From positions 49,251-113,250 of the forward strand of contig BEIE01000006.1 of assembly GCA_002898255.1 (NCBI GenBank): 64,000 bases of DNA. Direction: 5' to 3'. Both the position numbers and the translations under genes were made by a program. Below, one piece after another: positions 10,207 to 20,541 of this stretch. Origin of the DNA: a bacterium HR28 (lineage in GTDB: Bacteria > Chloroflexota > Chloroflexia > Thermomicrobiales > Thermomicrobiaceae). Numbering within the stretch: the stretch's first letter is position 1; each line of letters begins with the position of its first letter. The notes beneath the pieces are model-generated. The model saw nothing but the letters and a program-made list of their open reading frames with translations, made no database searches and was not told the origin of the DNA.

Positions 10207-11361
10207 GTGCGGATCGTCGATGTAAGGACGTACGTGCTCGGTACTGCCTGGCGTAACTTAACCTTTGTTGAGGTACATACTGACGAGGGAATCACCGGTG
10301 TGGGCGAGGCACGGATGCTGAACCACACTGATGCCCTCCTTGGCTACTTGGCGGAGGCAGTTCCCAACCACGTGTTGGGTCGGGATCCGTTCCGCATCGA
10401 AGATCTAGTGTTCCACATGATGCGGGATGACTACGCGCGTCCTGACTATGTGATGATGTCCGGCATTGCGGCCATTGAGATCGCGTGCTGGGACATCATG
10501 GGGAAGGCGCTGGGCCTGCCGGTCTACCAGCTGCTGGGTGGTGCGGTGCGCGACCGGATCAAGGCGTATGCCAACGGCTGGTACACCGTTGAGCGAACAC
10601 CGGAGGAGTTCGCCGAGGCAGCCCGACGGGTAGTTGAGCGTGGATACCGAGCACTGAAGCTCGATCCGTTCGGCGCGGGATACTACGAACTCGACCTGGA
10701 AGAGAAGCGGCGAGCCGTGGCGCTCGTGGAAGCGGTTCGGGAGGCAGTCGGGCCAGACGTCGAGATTTTGATCGAGATGCATGGGCGTTTCAACCCCGCG
10801 ACTGCCGTCGAGATGGCGCGGCTACTGGAACCATACCGTCCAGGCTGGATCGAGGAACCCGTTCCCCCACACAACCTCGCGGCGCTGAAGAAAGTCGCTG
10901 AGCAGGTCTCAGTCCCGGTAGCGACTGGAGAGCGGATCCACACGCGCTACGACTTCCGCGAGCTTTTCGAGCTCCAAGCAGCAGACATCATCCAGCCGGA
11001 CATCACGCATCTTGGTGGACTGCTAGAGACAAAGAAATTAGCAGCTTGGGCGGACTCGTATTATGTCTTGGTCGCGCCGCACAATGTCTGTGGTCCGGTG
11101 GGAACAGCTGCGAACCTGCACCTGGCGGCGTGCACGACGAATTTCAAGATCCAGGAGCACTTCAATGACTTTGCTGAGGCACACGTGAAAGCAGTCGCAC
11201 CAGGTGTGCCGGAAGTTGTAGACGGATACTTCCCTCTTCCAAAGGGGCCTGGGCTTGGCGTGGAGCTCGACCACTCAATGTTCGAGCAGTACCCGCGCCG
11301 GCGTGTCTTTTTCAACCTCTTCGCCGAAGACTGGCACCGTCGGCAGGCGGAGCGGTCCTGA
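10207..11361 (+). CDS. Enolase-superfamily acid-sugar dehydratase (gluconate/galactonate dehydratase-like)
   Basis: AYANGWY, ALKLDPFG, IEMHGRF, WIEEP, TGER and APHN motifs; GTG start after GGAG. Confidence 0.88.
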   Translation: MRIVDVRTYVLGTAWRNLTFVEVHTDEGITGVGEARMLNHTDALLGYLAEAVPNHVLGRDPFRIEDLVFHMMRDDYARPDYVMMSGIAAIEIACWDIMGKALGLPVYQLLGGAVRDRIKAYANGWYTVERTPEEFAEAARRVVERGYRALKLDPFGAGYYELDLEEKRRAVALVEAVREAVGPDVEILIEMHGRFNPATAVEMARLLEPYRPGWIEEPVPPHNLAALKKVAEQVSVPVATGERIHTRYDFRELFELQAADIIQPDITHLGGLLETKKLAAWADSYYVLVAPHNVCGPVGTAANLHLAACTTNFKIQEHFNDFAEAHVKAVAPGVPEVVDGYFPLPKGPGLGVELDHSMFEQYPRRRVFFNLFAEDWHRRQAERS

Positions 11362-11371
11362 AGGGGGCAGC

Positions 11372-12208
11372 ATGGGCACGCTTGGTCAGATGCTGGGTGA
11401 TCTCGCTGCGCGCGAGCATGCCGTCGGTTTGGTGCGGTTGGGACAGGCGAGCATCGCGCTGGCAGGTGGGGGGCGTATTGTTCTGATCGATCCGTTTCTG
11501 TCGCCACATCCTGATCGGCTGGTACCACCGCCAATAACTCCTGACGAACTCACGATGGTTGATCTTGTGCTCGTGACGCACGAGCACTGGGATCACCTCG
11601 ATGCTGCAGCATGCGTTGGCATCGCCCGGGCTGCACCACAGGCGCTGTTCGCTTGCCCCGAGCCGGTGGTATCGCAGCTCACTGCGGCAGGAATATCGGA
11701 AGAGCGCGTGCGCGGCGTGCGCCCTGGGCGTGCGTATGAGCTGGCCGGCGTGACCGTGTGGCCAGTGGCGGCCAAGCACGGACTCCATACTGCTGATGCC
11801 TACAGCTTTGGCGAGGTGAATGGGGTGCCGCGGTTTCTCGGGTATGTCGTGGAGCTCGGCGGGGTGCGCCTCTATCATGCCGGAGACACGATCGTCTACG
11901 ACGAACTGGGGGAGACGGTCCGGGCACTCGAGCCACAGGTGGCCTTGCTTCCGATCAACGGGCGCGACTGGTACCGGGAGCGGGAGGACATCGTTGGCAA
12001 CCTGGACATACGTGAGGCAGCCCACCTCGCGGTCGAGATAGGTGCGGAGCTCCTTGTGCCCTTGCACTACGACATGTTCGCGGTGAATCTGGCTGATCCA
12101 GGCGCGCTGGTGCGGTATGTGCATGACCGGCAGTTGCCTGTGAACGTCCTGGTCCTTCAAGTAGCACGGCCGGTGCTGCTGCAGCCGGTGCGGACAGTGG
12201 GACGGTGA
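11372..12208 (+). CDS. MBL-fold metallo-hydrolase (UlaG-like lactonase)
   Basis: LIDPFLS, THEHWDH (HxHxDH), YHAGDT and PLHYDMF motifs. Confidence 0.88.
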   Translation: MGTLGQMLGDLAAREHAVGLVRLGQASIALAGGGRIVLIDPFLSPHPDRLVPPPITPDELTMVDLVLVTHEHWDHLDAAACVGIARAAPQALFACPEPVVSQLTAAGISEERVRGVRPGRAYELAGVTVWPVAAKHGLHTADAYSFGEVNGVPRFLGYVVELGGVRLYHAGDTIVYDELGETVRALEPQVALLPINGRDWYREREDIVGNLDIREAAHLAVEIGAELLVPLHYDMFAVNLADPGALVRYVHDRQLPVNVLVLQVARPVLLQPVRTVGR

Positions 12209-13278
12209 AAACGATGGATGTGCGATCGCCACAACAGGAAACGGTAACAGCGCAGAGAGGGCGAAGTGAGCCAGAAGCGGCGCCTGTGGGAACAGGTGCG
12301 TTCGCGCGGCGTGCGCTGCAGCGATTGACCGGGCTGCGGGAGTTCAACATTTTGGTCGCGCTGCTTGTCCTCGGCGCCTTTCTCTCTGTGACGACCGACG
12401 CATTCCTGACGACCGGGAACCTGTTCGGAGTTGCACGTGCCTTCTCGCTTACGGCGATCGTCGCCATCGGTCAGACGATGGTCATTTTGACGGGTGGAAT
12501 CGATCTCTCGGTTGGCTCAGTTTTAGCGTTGGCTGGTCTTTCCACAGGGATGCTTCTTGAGCGAGGAGTCCCGTTGCCAGTAGCGATGCTGGCCGGGCTC
12601 GGAGTGGGGGCGCTGGTTGGACTCGTGAACGGTCTTTTGATCACTCGCGTAGGACTTCCGCCGTTTATCGCGACGCTTGGCACGCTGAGCATCGGCCGAG
12701 GGCTGGTATACGTGTTGACGAAGGGATACCCGGTGACTGTTCCCTACGACTACCAAGCGTTCGTCTGGCTGGGGCAGGGATACATCTGGATCATCCCGGT
12801 TCCGGTTGTCATCATGGTGGTTCTGACACTCCTGGGAACGATCTTTCTCGGCTTCACGACGTACGGGCGATACATCTATGCGGTGGGTGGAAATCCGGAG
12901 GCTGCACGACTTGCCGGAATCCCGGTGGAGCGGGTGAAGCTCCTCGTATACGTGTTGTGTTCCACCTTGGCGGCGCTGGCTGGGCTGATCCTTGTTGCTC
13001 GGCTCGTGTCGGCGCAGCCATCAGCCGGACTGGGTTTTGAGCTTCCGGTGATTGCCGCGGCCATCATCGGTGGAACAAGCCTCATGGGAGGTGAGGGAAC
13101 AGTACTCGGTGCGGTGCTTGGGGCGGCGATCATGGGTGTGCTGGAGAACGGGATGGTGCTCTTAGGTGTGAGCACGTACGCGCAGCAGGCGGTGACTGGG
13201 ACAGTGATCGTCCTGGCAGTTGCGCTTGACATCTGGCAGAAGCGGCGACGAGCGCGGGTGCGTCGTGCTCGCGGCTAA
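12205..13278 (+). CDS. Sugar ABC transporter permease (RbsC-like)
   Basis: GGIDLSVGS, PPFIATLG, YAVGGNPEAARLAGI and IIGGTSL motifs. Confidence 0.95.
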   Translation: MKTMDVRSPQQETVTAQRGRSEPEAAPVGTGAFARRALQRLTGLREFNILVALLVLGAFLSVTTDAFLTTGNLFGVARAFSLTAIVAIGQTMVILTGGIDLSVGSVLALAGLSTGMLLERGVPLPVAMLAGLGVGALVGLVNGLLITRVGLPPFIATLGTLSIGRGLVYVLTKGYPVTVPYDYQAFVWLGQGYIWIIPVPVVIMVVLTLLGTIFLGFTTYGRYIYAVGGNPEAARLAGIPVERVKLLVYVLCSTLAALAGLILVARLVSAQPSAGLGFELPVIAAAIIGGTSLMGGEGTVLGAVLGAAIMGVLENGMVLLGVSTYAQQAVTGTVIVLAVALDIWQKRRRARVRRARG

Positions 13279-13299
13279 GGCACATGGGGGTGGCGAAGG

Positions 13300-14235
13300 G
13301 TGGAGCGGACGCGAGCGTTCTTGGAGCGGTTAGGACTGCCGCGAGGCGATCTCTACGAGCTTCCAACGAGCACGAAACGGTTTCCAGACGGTGCACAGTA
13401 CCGGGTCGAGATCCCGAGTACGGAGGGGCCGCGCGTACTTGCGGCCGTCATTGAGGAAGCAAGACGGTACGGCATTGTTGTGCATCGCATCTCGCAGGGG
13501 AGTGGCGTCATGCTACTCACTGACGAGGAAATCCGCGAAATGGGGTACCTCGCAGCCGCGGAGGGGATGGAAGTGAGCCTCTTCGCGCGCCCGAGCGCGG
13601 GATGGGACATCGGCGGAATGGCGCGGGCAAGCGCGGGGGCGATGGTGAGCGCCAAGCTGCGCGGCCAAGAGCAGCTCGTGCATTGTCTTGAAGATGTGCG
13701 GCGGGCGGCTGAACTAGGAATTCGCAGTGTACTCCTGGCCGACGAGGGGGCGCTCTGGGTCGCGGGCGAGATGCGACGCGCTGGTGAACTGCCAAGGGAC
13801 ATGCAGTTCAAGGTGAGTGTCCTCATGGGTGCAGCGAACCCCGCCTCGGTAAAGCTGCTCGTGCAGCTCGGAGCCGATACCTACAACGTGGTGACCGACC
13901 TTACGCTGGCGCAGCTCGCAGCGATCCGCGCAGCGGTCGACGTTCCGCTTGATGTGTATGTCGAGGTGCCGGATGACGTAGGCGGCTTCGTGCGGCATTA
14001 CGAGATTGCCGAAATGGTTCGGGTCTGCGCGCCAATCTATCTCAAGTTCGGGCTTCGTAATGCGCCGAACATCTATCCGTCCGGGAGGCATCTTGAGGAG
14101 CTCGCGGTGCAACTCGGTCGGGAGCGGGTGCGGCGAGCTGCAATCGGGCTGATGATGCTTCACCGCTATTATCCGGATGCTGTGGGGTCTCGACCCGGAG
14201 CGCCGGGGCTAGCCATTCCAGTGGTGGAGGCGTAG
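13300..14235 (+). CDS. U32-peptidase-like TIM-barrel protein of unknown function
   Basis: RFPDGAQYRVEIPSTEGP, HRISQGSG, DVYVEVPD and IYLKFGLRNAP resemble a conserved family I recall annotated as U32-like. No Fe-S Cys cluster is visible. Confidence 0.6.
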   Translation: MERTRAFLERLGLPRGDLYELPTSTKRFPDGAQYRVEIPSTEGPRVLAAVIEEARRYGIVVHRISQGSGVMLLTDEEIREMGYLAAAEGMEVSLFARPSAGWDIGGMARASAGAMVSAKLRGQEQLVHCLEDVRRAAELGIRSVLLADEGALWVAGEMRRAGELPRDMQFKVSVLMGAANPASVKLLVQLGADTYNVVTDLTLAQLAAIRAAVDVPLDVYVEVPDDVGGFVRHYEIAEMVRVCAPIYLKFGLRNAPNIYPSGRHLEELAVQLGRERVRRAAIGLMMLHRYYPDAVGSRPGAPGLAIPVVEA

Positions 14236-14372
14236 TGAGGAAGGTGACTCCTGCGACGCACAGCTCACTGAGTCCGGTAGAGCGCGGGCGAAGGGCCTGC
14301 AGGAAACAGTACAAATGTGCTAAAATAGTCCGCTCGAGCGTCGCCGACGCTCTCGAGTAAGGAGGGCGTCCG

Positions 14373-14714
14373 ATGGAATCGGGTGGAGCGGTGCGGACGA
14401 CGGGGCTGAGTGAGCTGATCGCAGCGCTGTGGCGTTGTGGTGTTCCGGTCGTGGGGTGGGCCGAAGTACGTGACGGGATTGTGCTCCTCACTGACGGTGG
14501 GGAGACGGTCCATGTCCCGCGCCTGCGTTTAGGCGAGCGGACCGATGCGGTCGCGTGGAGCTTAGCGGCACAATTGCCGCGGCGTCGGATTCTTGAGACA
14601 CCCTTGAGCCCCGAACATGTGCCGCGTTTCAGCGAGCGCGAGCTGGCCTGGCTGCGCTTCGTCCGCTGGTTGCGCGAACGCGAGCGGAGGGGCCCGTCAT
14701 CGCAAGGGGATTAA
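14373..14714 (+). CDS. Hypothetical protein (113 aa)
   Basis: Strong RBS (TAAGGAGG); C-terminal FSERELAWLRFVRWLRER amphipathic helix. Confidence 0.65.
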   Translation: MESGGAVRTTGLSELIAALWRCGVPVVGWAEVRDGIVLLTDGGETVHVPRLRLGERTDAVAWSLAAQLPRRRILETPLSPEHVPRFSERELAWLRFVRWLRERERRGPSSQGD

Positions 14715-15103
14715 TGGCAAAAGACTGACGGCGGTGACTGCCTTACAGATCGTAAGGGGCAAGCTCCGCGAGCGTTGCACAGACTTGCTTTCCCCAACAT
14801 GGCCTCGAACTGAGCTGTGGATCGGCCGGTGAGATGCCGAGCTTCTTGTGTTGTGCCTCGGAAAAGGCCATAGACTGTTCTGCGTGTGAGGTGGCGACAG
14901 AACAAGTATTGTTGATGAAGATAGGCCATCTGGAGCGAAGTCGGCCCTCGCGGTTCGGCGTGTGTTGAGACTCGCCCCGGGGCGGACGCGGCCAGCGTTG
15001 GTGGTGCAAGTCGTCGCGCCGACTAGGAGTGCAAAGCAGAAGACAGAAATATGTGGCCGCCCTGGGTGTCCAGGGCGGCCACACGCGACTGGTCTGGTGC
15101 TGG

Positions 15104-16552
15104 TCAAACGAGGCCGCGATCCTTCCACTTCTTAAAGATATCTTGAATCTGACGCTCTGCCTCGGCGAGAGCATCTTGTGGGGACGCTTTGCCCGTGGCG
15201 ACCTTGGTGAACATATCGTTGATGATCCAGCGATCGAAGATTTCTGCCTCGGCGGCGTTCATGTAGCCAGGCCAGCCGACATTCACTGTCCAATCGGGAG
15301 CGGTCGCAAGCACAGCGTACTTGTCTGGCGGATTCGCGTTGGGATCATTCTGGACCTGCTGTTGCCAGTCGGGAACCGCCTTGGGGAAGGAAGGAATATT
15401 GTAGAACTTGGAGGCTTTGAAAGCGTCTTGGTATGCAGCAACCAGATCCTTCAAAAACTGCTTGGCAACATCGACGTTGGGGGAGAATTTCCAGATGACG
15501 AAGCAGTTATACCAGTGTGCGCTACCCTTTCGGTCGCGGGGGCCTGCGGCAGTCTTGGCAATCGCGATTTTTGGTGCAAGGTCAGGGTATGTTGCCTCGG
15601 CAGTGCGCGTGGCGGAAATTGCGTTGAGGATTAGCGCGCCGCGTCCAGAGACAAGGAACCGGTTATTTGAGGCTGCGTCCCACGCCAGCACCTCTTCAGT
15701 TTCGGCCTCTTGGAAAAGCTGCTTGGCGAACTCTAGGGCCTCAAGTGTCTCTGGCTTATTGATGACCACGTTGCCATTCGCATCCTGGATCGACGTGCCA
15801 AAGCCCCACATAATCGTGCGCATCGCCATACCGGTATCGATCTCTGGCGAGAAGCCGATGCCGATCGGGTTCCCCATCTGCTTGAGTTGACGGCCGGCCT
15901 CGAGGATGTCCTGCCACGTGTCAGGCGTCTTCCCAACCTGGTCGAAGAGATCTTTCCGGTAGAGAATCGGGTCAGCAGCCCAGAAGTCCATGAAGCTGTA
16001 CCAGACGTCGGTCTTGGGGTTGTAGCAGGAGCGCTCAAGGAGTGGGTAATAGTCCCCGTATTCCTGCTTCAGCTCTTTGATCAGGTCGTTCAGTGGAACA
16101 ACTTCAGTTTCGTATTGTGAGGGTGGGAACCCGAAGGCGAACAGGTCGTGACCACTTTGTGCTGACACCTCGGCAGCAGCCCGAGCAGGAATGTCGGCGT
16201 AGTTAATATGGTCAGAGACGACTTGAACGTTGTTTTTCGCGCCCCACTCTTGGACCCACTGATCGAACCACTTGTCGTAGTCCGGGACGAAGTGGCTCCA
16301 CTGCAAGATCTTGAGCGTGACCGGTCCGGAGCGCGTCGGTGTCGCTGCAACGGTTGGGGTGGCGCTGGGCGCAGTTGGACTGGCCTGGGCGGCAGCCGTT
16401 GGACTAGCAGCGGGCGCGCGCGTCGGAGTCGCTTGTCCACCAGCTGGGGCTGAGGTCGGCGTTGCTTGGCCGCCAGCACAGCTGGCCAGCAGCCCGGCAG
16501 CAGCCGTGCTGCTCAACAAAACAAGCAGGTGACGGCGGGTGAAGCGACGCAT
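15104..16552 (-). CDS. Carbohydrate ABC transporter substrate-binding lipoprotein (CUT1, Tat signal)
   Basis: MRRFTRRHLL Tat motif, LASC lipobox, A/T/P linker and LQWSHFVP; GAGGAGG RBS. Confidence 0.92.
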   Translation of the reverse strand: MRRFTRRHLLVLLSSTAAAGLLASCAGGQATPTSAPAGGQATPTRAPAASPTAAAQASPTAPSATPTVAATPTRSGPVTLKILQWSHFVPDYDKWFDQWVQEWGAKNNVQVVSDHINYADIPARAAAEVSAQSGHDLFAFGFPPSQYETEVVPLNDLIKELKQEYGDYYPLLERSCYNPKTDVWYSFMDFWAADPILYRKDLFDQVGKTPDTWQDILEAGRQLKQMGNPIGIGFSPEIDTGMAMRTIMWGFGTSIQDANGNVVINKPETLEALEFAKQLFQEAETEEVLAWDAASNNRFLVSGRGALILNAISATRTAEATYPDLAPKIAIAKTAAGPRDRKGSAHWYNCFVIWKFSPNVDVAKQFLKDLVAAYQDAFKASKFYNIPSFPKAVPDWQQQVQNDPNANPPDKYAVLATAPDWTVNVGWPGYMNAAEAEIFDRWIINDMFTKVATGKASPQDALAEAERQIQDIFKKWKDRGLV

Positions 16553-16618
16553 CGCTCGAACCTCCTCACGTAACGACACCGAACCCGATCCCACTGGATA
16601 GCCAAACCTCATCAGACT

Positions 16619-17470
16619 TCATCGCAAGGCACCGGCGGTCAAACCCTCCACAAATCGGTCGAGGAACGCGTTATAGAGCAAGGCGACGGGAAGGCTGACG
16701 ACAAGCGCCGAGGCCATGATGGCACCCCAGAAGAAGACGTCACCACGAATGAGATCGGTCGGTACGCCGACGCTCACCGTCTTCAGATCAGAGATCGAGA
16801 CGAAGGTGAGCGCGTAGATGAATTCGTTGACGGCGAGCGTGAAGGTGAAGATGACAGCGGTCAAGATTCCAGGGACGGCGAGTGGCAGCAGAATGCGCCA
16901 AAAAGCCGTAAAGCGTGTTGCACCGTCAACCAAGGCTGCCTCTTCTAGTTCTTGAGGGAGGGAGCGGAAGAAGCCCATGAGCAGCCAGGAGACGAAGGGA
17001 ACCGCAAGGCTGGGATAGGTGAGGACCAGCGACCACGTATTGTCCTGCAGCCCAATGCTGCTGACGATCTGCGAAAGTGGGAGGAAGAGGAGTGTCGGCG
17101 GGATGAGGTAGGTGAGGAAGACCGCGATCCCCAGGTTCTGCCCCACCCGCCCGCGGAGGCGCGCCAGGGCATAGCCTGCTGGAAGTGCCAGAACAAGGGT
17201 AATCAGAACCGTCGCTAGGCCGACCCATGCCGTATTCACAATCCACCGAGGAAACTTCGTCTCCTTAAACAGGAGGCGAAAGTGCGCGAGCGTCGGTGGC
17301 TCGTTGAAAAGAAAGGGATTGTTCGTCGGATTGTAGAGATCGCTATCGCGCTTGAAAGCAGTGATTGCCATCCACGCAAAGGGGAAGAGCGCTTGCGCTA
17401 GGAAGATTGCCAGAATAGCTACGAGCAAGAGCCGCAGAAATAGCCGCCGGATGTCAGCGGTGGCAGTCAC
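16619..17470 (-). CDS. Carbohydrate ABC transporter permease (MalG-like)
   Basis: EAA loop ELEEAALVDGA; GTG start overlaps the upstream stop. Confidence 0.93.
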   Translation of the reverse strand: MTATADIRRLFLRLLLVAILAIFLAQALFPFAWMAITAFKRDSDLYNPTNNPFLFNEPPTLAHFRLLFKETKFPRWIVNTAWVGLATVLITLVLALPAGYALARLRGRVGQNLGIAVFLTYLIPPTLLFLPLSQIVSSIGLQDNTWSLVLTYPSLAVPFVSWLLMGFFRSLPQELEEAALVDGATRFTAFWRILLPLAVPGILTAVIFTFTLAVNEFIYALTFVSISDLKTVSVGVPTDLIRGDVFFWGAIMASALVVSLPVALLYNAFLDRFVEGLTAGALR

Positions 17471-18387
17471 TCTGTCACCTCCCGATGCGACAACCGCAGG
17501 ACCCACACAGCGACGATGGCGAGAACCGGTAGCATGAAAAGCGCGATCGCTGCGCCTTGTGCGAGATCACCTGCGACGATCCCGACCTGGAAAGCCCAAC
17601 TGGACAGCACATGACTTGTGTTATAAGGGCCACCGCGAGTCAGGATCCACACGACCGCCATATCGGTGAAGGTGAAGAGAGCCGTAAACAAGATCGCCAC
17701 ACCGAGGATCGGCCGAACGAGCGGCAAGGTAATCCGGAAAAGACGTGTGAAAAAGCCTGCGCCATCGACGAGTGCGGCCTCGATGAGTTCTCGTGGTACG
17801 GCACTAGTTCCTGCGAGCGTGATCACTGTCGCGAAGGGGAGGATGCGCCAGACCTGCACGATGATGATCGAGATAATGGCGAGACTCGGAATCCCGAGCC
17901 ACTGGGGAAATTCATAGGGGCCAATAAGATGGAGCTTACGGGCTATCCAGTTAATGACGCTGTACTGCGAGTCAAAGATCCATTTCCACGCGATGGTGCT
18001 CATCACAACCGGGGATGCCCAGGGGAGAAGCAAGAGATAGCGGATGATCGGTTTACCTGGAAACCGTTCTGCTAGCGCGGTGGCGAGAATGGTCGAAAGA
18101 ACGAGAACAGCAATCAACACCACGATCGTGATCAGCACGGTGTTCCTCAGCGCCTGTCGAAAGATCTCATCGGCAAGAATTGCACGAAAATTGGCGAGAC
18201 CAGCGAACGAATAGTCTCGCCGTCCAACAGAGATGTGGCTAAGGCTGTAATAGATCGAAAGAACGAGGGGAAAGCCGATGAGGAGGAAGATATACAGCGT
18301 TGCCGGAAGGAGGAGCCAAAATTCCCAGCGTACACGTCTTACAACACCGCGCCGAGCGGCGACTCGCGGTACAGCAGTCGAGACCAT
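17467..18387 (-). CDS. Carbohydrate ABC transporter permease (MalF-like)
   Basis: ELIEAALVDGA and LTRGGP motifs; multiple TM helices. Confidence 0.93.
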   Translation of the reverse strand: MVSTAVPRVAARRGVVRRVRWEFWLLLPATLYIFLLIGFPLVLSIYYSLSHISVGRRDYSFAGLANFRAILADEIFRQALRNTVLITIVVLIAVLVLSTILATALAERFPGKPIIRYLLLLPWASPVVMSTIAWKWIFDSQYSVINWIARKLHLIGPYEFPQWLGIPSLAIISIIIVQVWRILPFATVITLAGTSAVPRELIEAALVDGAGFFTRLFRITLPLVRPILGVAILFTALFTFTDMAVVWILTRGGPYNTSHVLSSWAFQVGIVAGDLAQGAAIALFMLPVLAIVAVWVLRLSHREVTE

Positions 18388-18856
18388 ACTCTCGTCTCGT
18401 CCCTTCCGTCACGCCGCACGAGATTCGCTACTTCACCTCTCATCGAGTCGTCAGATAAGTCGTCACTAGTCTAGTGAGCGCTGCACGGACTGTCAACCCC
18501 TCTTTCTCGCTTGAGCTGAGAATGGGTCAGTTTTCGGATGCCTGGGCGTGTTTGGTGTCTGCTTGGTCTTCAGGGCTGTGCTTCGCCACGGGGTACAGGT
18601 GATCTCGGACGGATGACGATCTGACCTCGAGTATTCGGTCGCGTATTCCCACTTGAGTACTCTCATGGATCGCACAGAGAAGCGGCGGCAGCATTCCCCA
18701 TTGCGGTCTCTCCTCAAAGTAGCGGTGCAGCGCCTCGAACAAGGACTCAGGAGGAGCAGAAGAGCAGCAGACTCTTGGTGTCATTTACCGACCGCCTGCA
18801 TGTGAAGTCGCGTCGCGTTTGCGGTCGATAAGGGGCTGCAGTGATCCTGCTTGGCG

Positions 18857-20425
18857 TCATTCGAGGGCGATGGACAGCAGCGGAGCAGTTTGATGCCCCC
18901 AAAAGAGCTCAATCTGCAGGTGCGGCCAGCGCTCGGCAATAGCCTGCCGGACGGGCTCGATACGCTTGACGGTCTCCCCGATGACGATGGAGCACAGCTC
19001 GGCGCCCTCGGGATCGAGAGAGGACAGTGCTTGGAGTGCTGCTGCGGAGAGACTGGTCGTACGACCTGCGTCGTGGTCTCCCCCGTCACGACCGGTTGTA
19101 TTCCCCATAATATCGACCGTGCGCAGACGGGCGAGTACGGCCTGAATCTCTGGCAGTGTCTCGTCCAGGTCGCGTTCTGGGTCAAGTAAGGAAAGGGCGA
19201 CGAGCTGCGCCGCAAGTGACCGCACAGGCAATACCGCGAGTCGTGGATGAAGCGTGCGTGCGGCTTGCTGCGCCATCTCCGCGTCGCTGTCACTACCAGG
19301 AAGCACGACGATCTGCTCCACGGGGAGTTCGGCGAGGTGGGTCGTGAGCGAACTCGCTGACAGGGACTTTCGGTTCGTCGCGATGCCGTATGCCCCCAGC
19401 CGATGTGCCAAGGTGACGATCCCAGGAGCGGCTGAGAGGACAACAAGGATCGACTGCCGAGGCTCGGTGAGGGGAACTACCGCAGGCTCGCCACTGAAAC
19501 TGTCGATGATGATTGACCGTATCTGACCAACGCGACGCAGGAGCCCCTGTACCGTGTCCGGCATAGTGGTGTGTAAATGGACACGCAGGAGATCGCCGTC
19601 CCGGATGACCTCAATCGACTCTCCGTAGCGAGCGAGTTCCTGTGCGATCCTTTTGCCCGGAGTGCCATCGCAATACAGGAGCGCGTTCAGGCAATAGCCG
19701 GTTGTCGGCTCATCTCGTCGAGGAACTGGTTCCGATGGGACGGGGAGCGGTCGGAGCTCCGTCTCCTCACCGCAGGCCAATGCCGCCCAGGCGTCGAAGA
19801 TTACCGCGAGACCCTGTGCGCCTGAGTCAACCACACCGCGCTCGCGCAGAACCGTGAGGAGCTCGGGAGTCCGAGCGACCGCTGCGGCGGCGGCCCTCCG
19901 CACGGCCAGGAGCAGGTCCGCGAGTGTGCCCCCTGTCTCAGCGACGCGTACCGCTGTTTCGGCCACGGCACGCAGCACCGTGATCATAGTGCCCTCGACG
20001 GGATGAAGCAGCGCACGACGAGCGAGCGTATCGGCGCGAGTGAGGGCGTCGCTGAAGGCGAAGGCGTCCAGTACTGTACGTTCTCGCGTCGCCTCCGCGA
20101 AGGCGCGGAAAACCTGGCTCAAGATCACACCGGAATTCCCGTGTGCCGCGCGCAGGGCAGCTCGCGCGGCAGCCTCCGTGACTGCTGGCAGCCCTTCACC
20201 TGCCACGTTGCGTGCGGCGCGGAGTGCTGCTCGTGCAGTCAGGAGGAGGTTGGTGCCGGTGTCTCCATCGGCCACTGGAAAGACATTGAGCGCATCGAGG
20301 CTAGCAGCATGCTCGCCGAGGGCTGTAACTGCCGCATCCAGCGCAGCCAGAAAAGCTGCCTCATCCCATACGAGCGCAGGAGCCTGGCTGATCATCGTGG
20401 TTTCAATATGCTCTTGTTCGGACAT
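18857..20425 (-). CDS. DAK2-domain fatty acid kinase FakA-like protein
   Basis: LNVFPVADGDTGTNL, GNSGVILSQ, PVEGTMITV, VVDSGA and GYC...RVHLH motifs; start MSEQEH after AGGAG. Confidence 0.88.
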   Translation of the reverse strand: MSEQEHIETTMISQAPALVWDEAAFLAALDAAVTALGEHAASLDALNVFPVADGDTGTNLLLTARAALRAARNVAGEGLPAVTEAAARAALRAAHGNSGVILSQVFRAFAEATRERTVLDAFAFSDALTRADTLARRALLHPVEGTMITVLRAVAETAVRVAETGGTLADLLLAVRRAAAAAVARTPELLTVLRERGVVDSGAQGLAVIFDAWAALACGEETELRPLPVPSEPVPRRDEPTTGYCLNALLYCDGTPGKRIAQELARYGESIEVIRDGDLLRVHLHTTMPDTVQGLLRRVGQIRSIIIDSFSGEPAVVPLTEPRQSILVVLSAAPGIVTLAHRLGAYGIATNRKSLSASSLTTHLAELPVEQIVVLPGSDSDAEMAQQAARTLHPRLAVLPVRSLAAQLVALSLLDPERDLDETLPEIQAVLARLRTVDIMGNTTGRDGGDHDAGRTTSLSAAALQALSSLDPEGAELCSIVIGETVKRIEPVRQAIAERWPHLQIELFWGHQTAPLLSIALE

Positions 20426-20541
20426 CGGCCGCTCCTGTTCCTCGAGCGGCTGAGTCAGGGAGAGTTCCTTCACGGCAGTTCCGAGCATTCACCGTGTCTC
20501 CTATACTATACATGTGCGTTCTTCGTAGATGTGGTGCCGAT

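Noticed and set aside
18493..18784. Short ORFs between the ABC operon and fakA (EALHRYFEER...)
   Set aside because: Only a faint resemblance to a nuclease fragment; too short and unsupported.
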